Source: Azolla caroliniana (taxonomy: Eukaryota; Plantae; Polypodiophyta). Taken from it: a DNA stretch of 64,000 nucleotides. The stretch is taken from assembly GCA_043228905.1 (NCBI GenBank), contig JBHGNT010000007.1, positions 5,704,001 through 5,768,000 on the forward strand. Direction: 5' to 3'. How positions within the stretch are numbered: position 1 is the stretch's first letter; every line of letters begins with the position of its first letter. Below, piece by piece: positions 24,543-36,150 of the stretch. The notes under the pieces are model-generated. The model had not been told where the DNA came from. It did not search any database and saw only the letters and a program-made list of their open reading frames with translations. A program made the translations under genes and the position numbers.

Positions 24543-25061
24543 ATGGATATGCACCCGTCTGGTTTCCCTGGCTTGGTAGGTCCTGAGGGGGGATCAGGGT
24601 TCAACCATTTCGATATCTCTTCGCATTTCCGCATCCTCCCAAACACAAGCTCCAGTGATAGCAATCACTCAGCTCAAGACTCCCTGTCTCTGCGATCAAT
24701 GCTTCAACCTCCACATCTCCAAGCATGTCGTTCGTCCCCACATCCGCCATCTCCATCCTCTTCTTCTCAACCATCTTCTTCTTCTTCGTCCATTTCGTCG
24801 TCGACAATTACTTCTTCCTTGACCATGCAACCTCTTCGTCTGGCTGAAGAGATCTGCCATGGAAGTGGTAGTAGGAATGGGAGCCCTCGCTTGTCTTCCC
24901 CTCCTTCTCCTTCTCCTTCCCCCTTTCTTCCTTCTTTGCTCACTTCGTCACCTGGTTTTGCAACATCTTCCAAATCCGCGGCTTCTGCAGGTTCTCCCCC
25001 ATCAGTTCGTCTTCCAAGTCAAGAGCGTGATTCAGATCCCGTCTTCCTCGAGGAAATATAA
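24543..25061 (+). CDS. Unidentified Ser/Pro-rich low-complexity ORF (172 aa from first ATG); possible first exon or pseudogene
   Basis: GC-rich open frame 24438-25061 with first ATG at 24543, downstream of telo-boxes and followed by AT-rich intron-like DNA. No recognisable domain. Confidence 0.4.
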   Translation: MDMHPSGFPGLVGPEGGSGFNHFDISSHFRILPNTSSSDSNHSAQDSLSLRSMLQPPHLQACRSSPHPPSPSSSSQPSSSSSSISSSTITSSLTMQPLRLAEEICHGSGSRNGSPRLSSPPSPSPSPFLPSLLTSSPGFATSSKSAASAGSPPSVRLPSQERDSDPVFLEEI

Positions 25062-28000
25062 TCGAATTGAGGTCAGAATTCTTGCTTTCGATTCTCTCTT
25101 TTCTGTTTTTAAGGTAGCCATTCTCATAGGCATGGTGTATCTTTTTTCGGTGAAACCACACAGATGTATTAATTGTATGTAAAATCCACTTTAGTCTCCT
25201 CTACCTGCCTAGTATATGTAGGGAGAGGGACGGACCTGTAAAGCTAATATAAAACCTGGTATAATATGGATTTTCACTCGAGGAAATGATCCCTACATGC
25301 TCTTAACATCCAAAAATTCCACATAAGAATGCCTTTCATCGTCCACATAAGAAAAGCATTACGCACATTCCAATTGTCTTGCATGCACTCCCCAATATCG
25401 GTAAAGTTGGAATGATATCTCCAGCTCGTCATTTGGACCAACAGATGGTATATCTCTCTTGGGTGGTCTTTGTGCCTATGTGAATGTGTATGGATTTATA
25501 GCTGGTATGCTCATATGGATGTATGTCTGTACGGTACGTAGGTCTGCTATATTTAATTTCACACATGTATGGTGGATGTATGTATCTATGTATTGCATAC
25601 ATTTGTTAAGAGTATGTGCATACATACATGAAACTCTCTATGGGAATGGTGGGTATATGAATATGGTGTATGTCTGCTATACATATACATGAATTTACAT
25701 GATTAATTATGTGCATAACATACATACATACATACATATATGAGCTATCTATGTATGAACCCACATGCCCCATTCACACATGCACATGTGTGTGCTCATG
25801 CTAACATTATGTATATAAAACGCAAAATGGTGTCCACACAAACTTCACATATGATCCATTTCATGTAATTCAGTTGGTACTGTAGTGTTTATATGTATCT
25901 ATGTTTTCTTAATATACATGTGTGCATATATATATCTTTGTTTTATTTTGTTGTGCGCAGTCGATGTTTGTATGCGAATATGTATAATTTTTTGTTACAC
26001 AGTGAATGAATGCATGTATGAGGTATGTAATCACATGCTATGATGTACTCTAAATCCATCATATTGATGATACAGGTTCCTGTCAATGTTTGATGCTGTT
26101 CAGGGGTTGGCGTGTCTCCTCTACAGACACAAATGTGTACATATATTCTCTTTAAATAGGGTCTTTTTTTTATTAGTATTAGTTTGTCATGTGTTTTTTT
26201 ATTATGGCAGAAAGAGGTGATATCAACACCTTTTACATTATCCTAAATGCATCAAGTTTTTCTTACCACCAAGAAAATGCATCGATTTGTATAGAGTTTT
26301 TCATCAACTTCTGTATAGAGATATTTGTCGACAACCAGCAAAAATGCGCTTTGTACAGACCTTATTGTCGCCAGCCCGACTCAACCTATCTTATGTTTTG
26401 GATATTTATGATTAAGAGGTTTTTTGTAATAGTAATGTTTGGAAATGTGTCTTTGTTCCTTGACTATCATTTTTTTTATCTGCCTTGCAAAAATGATTGG
26501 ATTAGTTATGTAGGAATTAACATGAGAAATGGTAGAATGTTTTCACCAAAGCAGGAGATATGCCTAAATGAGCTAGGCCAAAGTGCTAACAAAAGAGGGA
26601 GAAAATTTGTGATGGGTGTTGGCAATATTAGTATATGATTTTAGTATAGCCGCAATGGATATACTTCATGTTCTTGCGATTCTCTGTCAATACAATGATG
26701 TAAGTCAGTATAGTTGCAATGAATAATTCAATGCCCATGAGTAACGATCATTGGCAACTTTCTTGTCTGTTTCTTTATTTTATTGTACGAATATTCTTAC
26801 CAATCATCAGCCTTTATGGTTTATTATGGTGCAGGGGCTGATGACTCTTTTCACATGCCTTGGAATTCCCTCTCCCTCTACGTCTCATGTCACGATTGGT
26901 CTTTTGTGGATGTTAAGAAGATAAATTATTATGTCGTGAATTGTCAAAGTCTCTGTTTTTTGTTTTGCTCAACATTGGGAAACAATTATTTGATGATATT
27001 GCCATATTGTGGCTCAAAAGATCCTGACAGAGTCCATTAATTTGACTTCTGAAGTCTACGTTCTGAATTCTTTCCATTGTCTACTTCATGATGTGAAGTA
27101 TAATGTAATTTAATATAACCAGTTTGCCAAGTGATTGGATACTTGCTAATCGTATTGCAATTAGAACACAGGATTGAAGGCAGGTTGCAGTTTGATTTAC
27201 ATTAGGTTGAAAACTTATACCAAAGGATGTATACTGTAACTTCTTCATAAGCTGGACATTAATTAATTCAAGAAAAAAATTCAAAACATCTAGAGAATTA
27301 AAAATCAATTTTTTAGAAACTTTTGTATAGCTGGAAATGCCTCTTGTTAAGATAATTCATATTCTTGCTATGTTTCTAAGACTTCCCCTCATTTGTATTG
27401 TAGAAAATCAGCCAATTCAATGTTCTAAAACTATTTTTGGAATGACTAAAGCATTATGAGTTTGGGCCATGGAGAATTTATGATTGCTAATACTCTTATC
27501 AATCAACCGTTTCACATACATGTGCCACGTGAAACGTGGCCTTAATGCACCCTCCAAATGAGCTTTAATCATCTCTATATATGTGCTAAATGCAATGGAG
27601 AAGCTTGAACACATTCGTCGTGCCCTTGACAACTTGTATGCAACAAAAGATAGGGAGAATGTGAACACTAAAGGTTATAATTCTATCAATTTGAGTATAA
27701 CAGATTTTGTACCAGAAAAAGAAGATGATGGCAGCTAATGCGCTGAAAGGGCTGATGGAGGAGTAATATAAACACACAGCAGAAAACTATATGTAGTTTG
27801 GGCACATATGCATGAAACGTACCACATATCATTGGATGTTAAATGGGAGAGATAGAAAAAACCAGCACCCCTGCAAACAAATGGGAATTTGGACAATAAA
27901 AATCCCTACATTATGAATGAATGAAGCAAATGTAACTGTCGCCAATTAGAGATCTGTACTTATGAAATGAGACACAACAATCTTATAGTACCAGTGCTAA

Positions 28001-28562
28001 AGGTGGATAGTATCCATGTATGCTTATGTTAATTGATTATGAATGAAATATGAATGATATATATATATATACTTGAACCCAATTCACATGATTAGATACT
28101 TGAGTTTGATTCTACACCTCATCTCAAACTTCTCCCTAGTTTGTTTTAGCACTTCAGTCATGGGGAGGCACTCTAAAGGCATCAAGTACTTCTATGCATT
28201 TCTTTCTACTTTTACTTTTACTCTCTCACACATGTTTTCCTATTTTAACTTTTACTCTTTCATCGCTCCTTTCTTCTATGGACATGAGATCACAACCATA
28301 TGTTCCATGATTTCATCTCCCTATCTACAGCTTACATGACAAGAGCTTGAATAGGAAGGACCAGCTATGCACCCTCAATTATAGATTTGATATTTGGACT
28401 TTTGATGTATTGCTTTTGTTGAACTCAATCTGATCTCATGATCGATCTCCATAGGTGTCAAACATGGATTCACCTCCAGTTCCAATCTTCTCATAATACA
28501 ATGTGAACCTAACCTTTGTATAAAGACATGGTATGGCCATCAATCAAGGCATTTCTTTGCAT

Positions 28563-30419
28563 TTAATAATGGGGAAAAACAAGGTGCACCAGAGCCATGG
28601 GGGCTCTTACTTTTGGAGCAATGTTATTCAGTCTCATGATTTCAATACTTTTTGCACACTCATGCATGCCAGAAGCTGTGTAAATATTGGCCATACAAAT
28701 ATATGCAGTTATGTTAGTATTATCTAGTTGTATTGCCTTTTCAAAGGCAAATTTCCCGAGTCTCACATTTGCCCATTTTTGGCATGCACCCAACAAAGCA
28801 CCCCATATTGGAAGATAATCAGAAGATGGCATATTCTTTATGACTTTCATTGCCTTGTCGAAGTGTCCTGCTCGACCAAAAAGATCAACCATACAAGCAT
28901 GATGCTCAAAGTCTGGTGCAACATTATAGTTTTGGCTTATAATTGCATAGTACATTTGACCTTCAGACACTAAACCAGAGTGACAACATGCATTCAACAC
29001 ACAGAGATAGGTAACTGAATCTGGAGGAAACCCCTTGCCTAACATCCTTTTGAAGCAATCTATTGCTTCTATACCATGACCTTGTTGTGCATATCCCGAG
29101 ATTAAAGCATTCCAAGTGCCAATAGTCTTAACATGAAGTTCATCAAAGACTTCTTGTGCTTTTGTAAGTACACCACATTTAGCATACATATCCACCAAAG
29201 CAGTATGAAGGACCAAATCTTTTGCCAAAAGCCCCTCACTCATAATCTGAACATGAATCTGTTTTCCTTTCTCTATGGCACCTGTGCTTCCACAGGCCTT
29301 CAAGAAGCAAGTGAAAGTGATTGCATTCGGAAAGAAACCCTCACCGTTAATGCTTCCAAGGCACTTCAAAGTTTCTTCATCACCTCCTGGTTGACTACAT
29401 CCTGAGATTAATGAATTCCAAGAGACTATGTCTCGTATGGGAAGATCATCAAAGACTCGTTTTGCTTTTTCAATTGCCCCACACTTGGCGTACATGTCCA
29501 CCAAAGCATTGCCTAACACAATCTGCTTATTCAGTATTCCCTTACTTAGAATCTCAGTATGGATCAATTTTCCTTTGTCGAGTGACCTGATGCTGGAACA
29601 AGCCTTCAAGATCGAGATACATGTGATGGCATTTGCAAAGATGCCCTCATTTTGCATCTGTACATAACAATACAATGCATCTTGACCGTGCCCCTGTTGG
29701 GCATATCCTGAGATTACTGTGGACCAAGAAACTATATTCCTCGCAGGCAGTTCGTCAAGGACTTCTTGTGCCTTTGCAAGATCACCACATTTTGCATACA
29801 TATCCACTAAAGCATTACCAAGCACAATATCTCCTCCCAGAATCCCCTTACTGACAATGTCTTCATGAAATTTTCTTCCCTTTTCAACTTCTCTTATGCT
29901 TCCACAAGCTTTCAAGATGCAACTATAAGTGAAAGCATTTGGAGAAAAGCCAGCTTGTTGCATACATGTAAAACAGTCCAATGCTTCCTCACAATACCCA
30001 TGCTGGACATATCCTGATATTAATGCTGACCAAGAAACTACATTCTTTGTAGACAGCTTTTCATGTACTTGTTGTGCTCTTAGCAACAAACCACATTTAG
30101 CATACATATCCACAAGTGCAGCACCAAGCATGACATTTCCTTCCAACAAGTCTTTAGCGATAATCTCTTCATGAATTTTTACACCCTTCTCAACAGCTTG
30201 TATACTACCACATGCCTTCAATGCACAAATGTAAGTGATCGTGTTTGGACAGAAGCCTCTCCATTGCATCTCTTCAAAACAACGAAGTGCATCCTCACCA
30301 TGCCCCTTCTGAGCATAGCCTGAGATTCGTACATTCCAAGAGACTAAATGTACATCTTCAATTGGAAACTCATATAGAATTTTCTGCGTTTTTGCAAGAG
30401 CACCAAACCTGGCATACAT
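28563..30419 (-). CDS. PLS-class PPR protein, E subgroup (no DYW), intronless, N-terminally truncated
   Basis: Repeated VSWSALISGY / TYSCILKACGSI / LGNALVDMYAKCG motifs. C-terminus VLNACCHSG...EHHACMVDLFGRAG...WGALLGACQKW...AYICMANIY. First ATG at 30419; the ORF track starts at GTG 30425. Confidence 0.92.
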   Translation of the reverse strand: MYARFGALAKTQKILYEFPIEDVHLVSWNVRISGYAQKGHGEDALRCFEEMQWRGFCPNTITYICALKACGSIQAVEKGVKIHEEIIAKDLLEGNVMLGAALVDMYAKCGLLLRAQQVHEKLSTKNVVSWSALISGYVQHGYCEEALDCFTCMQQAGFSPNAFTYSCILKACGSIREVEKGRKFHEDIVSKGILGGDIVLGNALVDMYAKCGDLAKAQEVLDELPARNIVSWSTVISGYAQQGHGQDALYCYVQMQNEGIFANAITCISILKACSSIRSLDKGKLIHTEILSKGILNKQIVLGNALVDMYAKCGAIEKAKRVFDDLPIRDIVSWNSLISGCSQPGGDEETLKCLGSINGEGFFPNAITFTCFLKACGSTGAIEKGKQIHVQIMSEGLLAKDLVLHTALVDMYAKCGVLTKAQEVFDELHVKTIGTWNALISGYAQQGHGIEAIDCFKRMLGKGFPPDSVTYLCVLNACCHSGLVSEGQMYYAIISQNYNVAPDFEHHACMVDLFGRAGHFDKAMKVIKNMPSSDYLPIWGALLGACQKWANVRLGKFAFEKAIQLDNTNITAYICMANIYTASGMHECAKSIEIMRLNNIAPKVRAPMALVHLVFPHY

Positions 30420-30545
30420 ATTCACTGAATTGCGTCCTACATAAGGGCTCTTCTAAATAAACCGTCTTCTTAGAATATCAACATGGATTCTAGAATCTTT
30501 ATTCATATATTTTCCTTCAAATATTAGCATGCATTTTAGCAGCTT
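30420..30545 (-). pseudogene. Upstream PPR motif interrupted by TAG
   Basis: In-frame reading MNKDSRIHVDILRRRFI*KSPYVGRNSVNMYARFG, with TAG at 30455-30453. Confidence 0.75.
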
Positions 30546-32170
30546 TACTCACATCCTCTGCTTCGAACATCAGGACGCATTCTAGTACCATTACTCAGAT
30601 TTTGGTTTCGATACAAACCTTCGGTGAAGCGACAACACTTATAATTTCTCTGGTGGATATGGTGGAAACCCTCTTGTTTTCTAAAAGAGAACTCTCCATG
30701 TTTCAATATGATGTCTTGCAAATCTTGAAACAAACTCTTCATGTTTCAAGATAATCCCTTGGAAATCTAGAAACAAACCCTCCTAGCTCCGTCTACATCG
30801 TAAAAAGAAACGACCTTCATTGTGGGGATAGTAAAAATCCTTTAGGCCCTTGGAATTGTCGTATGCTTCCATTTCATTTAGAGTAATAGATGAAAATTTA
30901 CCCTAATTTTTTTTTTTCTGATAATATTTAAATAAGTTAGTGAACCTTTTGTATAGAAAATCATTGAATATCAAAGGGTGAAGACTTCACTAACTTTGCG
31001 AATTCAAAATAAATTGAGAAAGCCCACTCAACCACAGCATTTAGCTTTGCCTAACATTTCTAAATAATATCAATAAGAGAAATGTTAGTACCTTAGAGGA
31101 AACCTTGTTTCCAACACAATGCTCTCCATAATATCTGGACCCTGAATCATCATAATCTTCATCTACATCTTGAAACAAGAACTCCTAAGCTCCACTTACA
31201 TTAGTAAATGGCAAGTAACTTCCTTGTTGAGATGGTTAAAAGTCCTTCTTGTTTGCCAACACATGGGTGTCCACATTTCAATAACTCATCTTGGAATCAT
31301 CATGCTCTTCCATTTAACATCTTGAAACAATCTCTCCATATATTACATGTAAATCATTAAACGAAATAACCTTGGAACTATTTCACCTTGGAATAATCAT
31401 GATTGATTCATTACTCTTCCACATATTAGAAACAGAGATTACCTCCATATTTCACAGCACATATTTCCATTTGCAGCTTGAAGGAAGCTCTCAAATTCCG
31501 TTTTCATAAGGAAAAAGGTATTTTAACTCCCTGGTGGATATATGGTGAAAATTGTTTTGCTTCCAATATCGCACTCTATTCGGAAATCGGCATGATATAC
31601 ATTCATCCATTCACACCACTGAAAAAAATCTATCCAAGTAGTTCAATTTACATCATAAGAAAACGAGAAGAAAGTTACTTCTCTTGCTGATATATACTTC
31701 TATTTCCAGTATCTTACATTTGGAATCATCATAACTCATGGAAAGAAAACTTGAAAAAAAGACAAATCTCCGTAAGGCTTCCTTCCTTTTCCTTTTAGTC
31801 ATTAAAATACCTTGGGAAACATCACATTCTGGACCATATTTACGGTGTAGTTTCTGTGAGGTTTCTGCCATTGGCATCGCCAGTTGTTTTCATCAGGCAG
31901 CAGGAGCAGAGCAGCAAGCAGAATATTATTATTTTACTCATTGTTTTTTTTCAGAAAATACCCAGAATACCGCTGAGGTTTCAGTAAATTATGAGAATAC
32001 CCTTCATATTAACATTTACCACATAACACCATCTCTCATCTGGCATCTTTATTCTCAATAAGTCTATGCTTCTTACCAATGCTAAGTAATAATTGAATTC
32101 TTCGAGTGCACAAAGTTAGTATAGACGAAAAGCCGAGCAAATTGATTGTGTTCTTAATCGTGCTTTGATG

Positions 32171-32228
32171 AAATTGATTAACTTAAATGAGCCCCCATTC
32201 GTAGGGGCTCAGTTAAGTTAATCTGTTT
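32171..32228. repeat. Near-perfect inverted repeat (hairpin)
   Basis: GATTAACTTAA-A-TGAGCCCC [cattcgta] GGGGCTCA-G-TTAAGTTAATC: 20-bp arms with one mismatch. Confidence 0.8.
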
Positions 32229-33019
32229 AGATGTAACAATACCCCGAGTTACGTGAAACATACCATTCTGACTCATTATGCACTTATACTGTAACAAGGA
32301 TAACTAGAAAGATTAATCAACATAATATTTTGCTACGAATCGACGCCATTAGTCATGCTTTTAATACTTTGATTAAGAAAATTAATCACATTATGGATTA
32401 AAGGAGTTGATTAGAAAGATTACTCTAACTATTGTTATTACTACTATTTGTTATGGGCCACCATTCCCTAATTAGCCATCCGTTACCATTGTTGCTAGTC
32501 TTAGTAATGTTGACATGAATTAATGAAATTAGGGTACTTTGGTAAATTAAAAATTTGAAGGTTGTTCTCATAATGTGTTAGAATGTTAATGTTGTTTGGG
32601 AGTCTTTTTATTGGTGTTTCAATGGTTAGATGCATAAGCTTGACTTCATGAAACAAAATTTCTCACTTTCACTTTGAAGTAAGATTAGGTGTTAGGTCAT
32701 TGACGGATGCCTCGTTGACTATATGCATGTTTTTCCCAAAAATGTTCATGAGATGACATTGGAGTATGCTTTCCCCACATTGTGAACAATTATCTATGAT
32801 CTGTGTTTTGTGCACACACTTCTCTTTTGGTCATGATGTGCACCCTCAATTTAAATTTTCATTACTAAATATTTTGAACATTGAGTCTATTATCAACTCG
32901 ACACAGACTGCATGAAACTGTTTCACCATGGGCCCATGGGTTATAGTAGACCTGGCAACGGTTCGGTTCGGTTACCGAGTACTACTAGACCTATTAGGAT
33001 AATGATAATAAAATCAATC

Positions 33020-33870
33020 CATAAAAGTATGGTGTATAACACCACCATCCCTTTCTCTTTGTTGGAGTTCTATCTCCCTACCAAGGTTGCAATGCAAGAC
33101 TAGACCATCATATACCCTCTAGTCATGACATGGGTAGGAGTGGTTAGAAATCATGCCCTTACATCACCAATGATGGAAACAACAATTTACAAATTGGTCA
33201 CCAAGAAGACTAGATGTGATTTTAGCAATGACATCGGTCTCAGAACTAGACATTCAACGGTTGTAAGTACTTCAGTACCTTCATTGATGATTATTCACAA
33301 CATACCCGTATATGCCTGATGAAGACAAGAACTGAAGTCTTCTCTCACTTTCTCATTTTAAATAGTCATTTGGAAAATGAGATGAATCACAAGGTTCTAT
33401 GCTTACAATCCGATGGTGGCCAAGAATACTTCTTAGATGAATTCACTTCCTATTTTGAAGAGAAAGGGATTCATCGTAAATTCTCTTGCTGGTACATGCC
33501 AAAACAAAATGGTGTTGTCGATTGGAAAATCGCATGATTCTTTAGATGGCCCACGCCACGCTGCAAGAGAAGAACATGCCAAAAATGTATGGATAGAGGC
33601 AACTATCATGGTTGTGTATCTTGTTAGTCACTACACAATTTAGGGTGCCCACAACATGACCCCTCATGAGAAGTATTTTGGGAGAAATCCTAACCTTTCA
33701 TTCATGAAGGTTTTCAACAACATTACATAATATCCACGTACCCAACGAGGAGAGGAAAAAACTTGAACTAAAGTTGGAGAAGGTGATCCTCGTTGGGTGC
33801 TCTTTAGAGTGTTTTAACCTTGTCATGATAGTCGTGGATAAGCCGAGATGTAGTATTTGATGAAGCAACA
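33020..33870 (+). mobile_element. Ty1/Copia integrase remnant
   Basis: TFNGCKYFSTFIDDYSQHT, MKTRTEVFSHF..LQSDGGQEY..EF...KGI....PKQNGVV, TPHEKYFGRNPNLS and SRDVVFDEA, with frameshifts. Confidence 0.88.
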
Positions 33871-33871
33871 T

Positions 33872-34276
33872 TGTGATATGCCTTCACATTAGTAACCCTT
33901 GTTGTGCTTGTGTCAGGAATAGTCCTAAAGCAGAGATGGAATTAGTACTAAGAAGAGTAGTACTATTAGTACTAAGAGGACGGGAGATTCTCGAGAGAGG
34001 AAGTGAGAAGAGGAGAGAGAGAGAGATAGCGAGGATGAGAGAGAGAGAGAAAGATGATGACAACAGCTAATAAATTATGTGAAAAGATAAGTACAAAGCG
34101 GCTGAGAGGCTTAAGACTGGCGTTGAACCAATTTGGTTCAACATAATGCCTAGTGCCTTCTTTTATAGTGTTGTCAAGAGTAATCATGAAACTTCTAGAA
34201 TGTTCCAGAGAAATCTGGAATATACATTACTTTCTTATAATAAAACATAAATGAAAATAATATCCTATGAATTACA
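33872..34276 (-). mobile_element. Possible solo LTR
   Basis: TG...CA-bounded segment abutting the integrase remnant. The minus strand has CTATAAAAG followed by a CT-rich tract. No partner LTR or TSD was identified. Confidence 0.35.
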
Positions 34277-34279
34277 ATA

Positions 34280-34346
34280 GATGGTGTGATGGTTAAGAGC
34301 TCGACCCATATACCATAAGGTCATGGGTTTGAGTCTTGCCATATCA
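34280..34346 (+). mobile_element. tRNA-derived SINE-like head
   Basis: GATGGTGTGATGGTTAAGAGCTCG...GGTCATGGGTTTGAGTCTTGCCATATC has A- and B-box-like spacing and shares GGTCATGGGTT with the copy at 4700-4766. Confidence 0.45.
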
Positions 34347-35780
34347 TGACAGCTTGAGACTAAGCAAATCTAATGCATTGTTGGATAAGTGATGGTGGTG
34401 TTGAGGACTGAAGCAGATTTTTATGAGGGGATGAGGACAACACATTCACTCTATTTTTGTTTGTATAGAATTTTGGTGGTAAACAAAGAGATGGTTGATG
34501 TGGAAAATGAAGCACATTTTCTATTTTTGTAAAGGATGAGTGACAATGGTGTCAGGGGAACAAGCAGAATTTAATGAGGGGATCATGAGAGTAGTGTCAT
34601 TATGTTTTTTGGTATGTACAGAACTTCGCTAGTCTACAACGAGATGGTTCATCATGTGGACTTTGGTGGTAATCGACGACATGTTGGATGGGGAAAAGGA
34701 GACATATTCTCTCTGTTTGATAAGGATGAGTGATAACGTTGTCGAGGGCTGAAGCATACTTTCATGAGGGGACAAGGACAATAGAATCATTTTCTTTTCT
34801 AGTTTATGAATGTTGGTGTGGAGTTGGAAGCATATTCTTGTCGGTCGACGAAAGTACATGCTTTGAAGATCGGAGATTTTAATGCTATCAACAACCCTTT
34901 ACAATTGTTTCTTTGAAAACACTTAGTACACACCAACACATTGGAATACATTGTTCGACTCTAGGCATTGGAAGTCATTGGCAAAGTTTTCACACATTCC
35001 TGGATTTCTAAAGCTGGTTGATTTTGTAGGCATGTTTGTGTGAAAGGTTGAGGCGTGCTTTTGAAAAGCTGGCTATTTTGCTAGTTTGTTTTTTCTGGAG
35101 GTTGGACTATTCATCGTGTTCATTTGGAGAAGGATATGGCTTCATTGTATTTTCTTTGTCTCTAAAGATTGACTACGTGTCTTTCTTACTTATCTTTACC
35201 TACAAAGATTGACTACGGTCATATGTAATATTGGACTATTTTGTAGTAAGGCCTTTGGCCACTGTAATTCTAATAACAATGGAGGATATATTTTCAAGAA
35301 AAGAGAGAGAGAGAGAGGTCAAGGGCCATTATGGGTAGAGACTCAAAAGAGGGTCTATGCTCACTCCGGCTAACTCGACCTCAAGTAGCTTCAAGCAATA
35401 AGACTATTGCTCTACAAGAAGAAACTTTTGATGTTTTTGCATAAATGCACGTCCGTGTGTTACTGAGGGGGAGTAAAAGGGACTTGAACTAAGGAAGATG
35501 CAATGTCATTGGAGTGTTCTTGCAGTGGCTTTGTCGTGATGTTATGTGTCCAGGACTTGAACCAAAGAGGATGGGGTGAGAACTTGAATTCTTGTGTTGA
35601 GAGGGTTTTTCTTAGTGCTTTTTGACTATGTCATCCATCATACATAAGATTTATCTATGAAAAAATTAATATTCAATAAATGTTACCCTCTATTTGAGAC
35701 GTTATTAATATAACGTTGATTTCTCTATAGGTGTAAGGTTCAAATCTCGCCTACACACTTATTAGTTTTCTCCTTATCCA

Positions 35781-36150
35781 GATGTTGGCGAAGGAGAACA
35801 TTCGAGGTAGAGAATGTTTGAGGATGAGGAGAATGTTCGAGGAGTAGAATGTTGCACGATGAGAATGTTCAACAAGGAGAATATTGGAGAAGGAGAATGT
35901 TGGTAGGAGGACAATGTTCGAGGTGGAGAATGTTAGACTAGGAGGAGAATGTTTTAGTTGAAGAATGAAGAATGATTGAGGAGGAGAATGTTGGATGAGG
36001 AGAATGTTTGAGGTGGAGAATGTTAGACAAGGAGAATGTTTTAGTTGAAGAATGAAGAATGATTGAGGAGGAGAATGTTGGATGAGGAGAATGTTTGAGG
36101 TGGAGAGTGGTGGACGAGGAGATTGTTTGGTGGAGAGTGTTGAACAAGGG
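35781..36150. repeat. GGAGAATGTT-core minisatellite (about 18-bp units) with an internal duplication of about 90 bp
   Basis: Repeated (G)AGGAGAATGTT motifs. The block GGAGAATGTTTTAGTTGAAGAATGAAGAATGATTGAGGAGG occurs twice. Confidence 0.85.
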
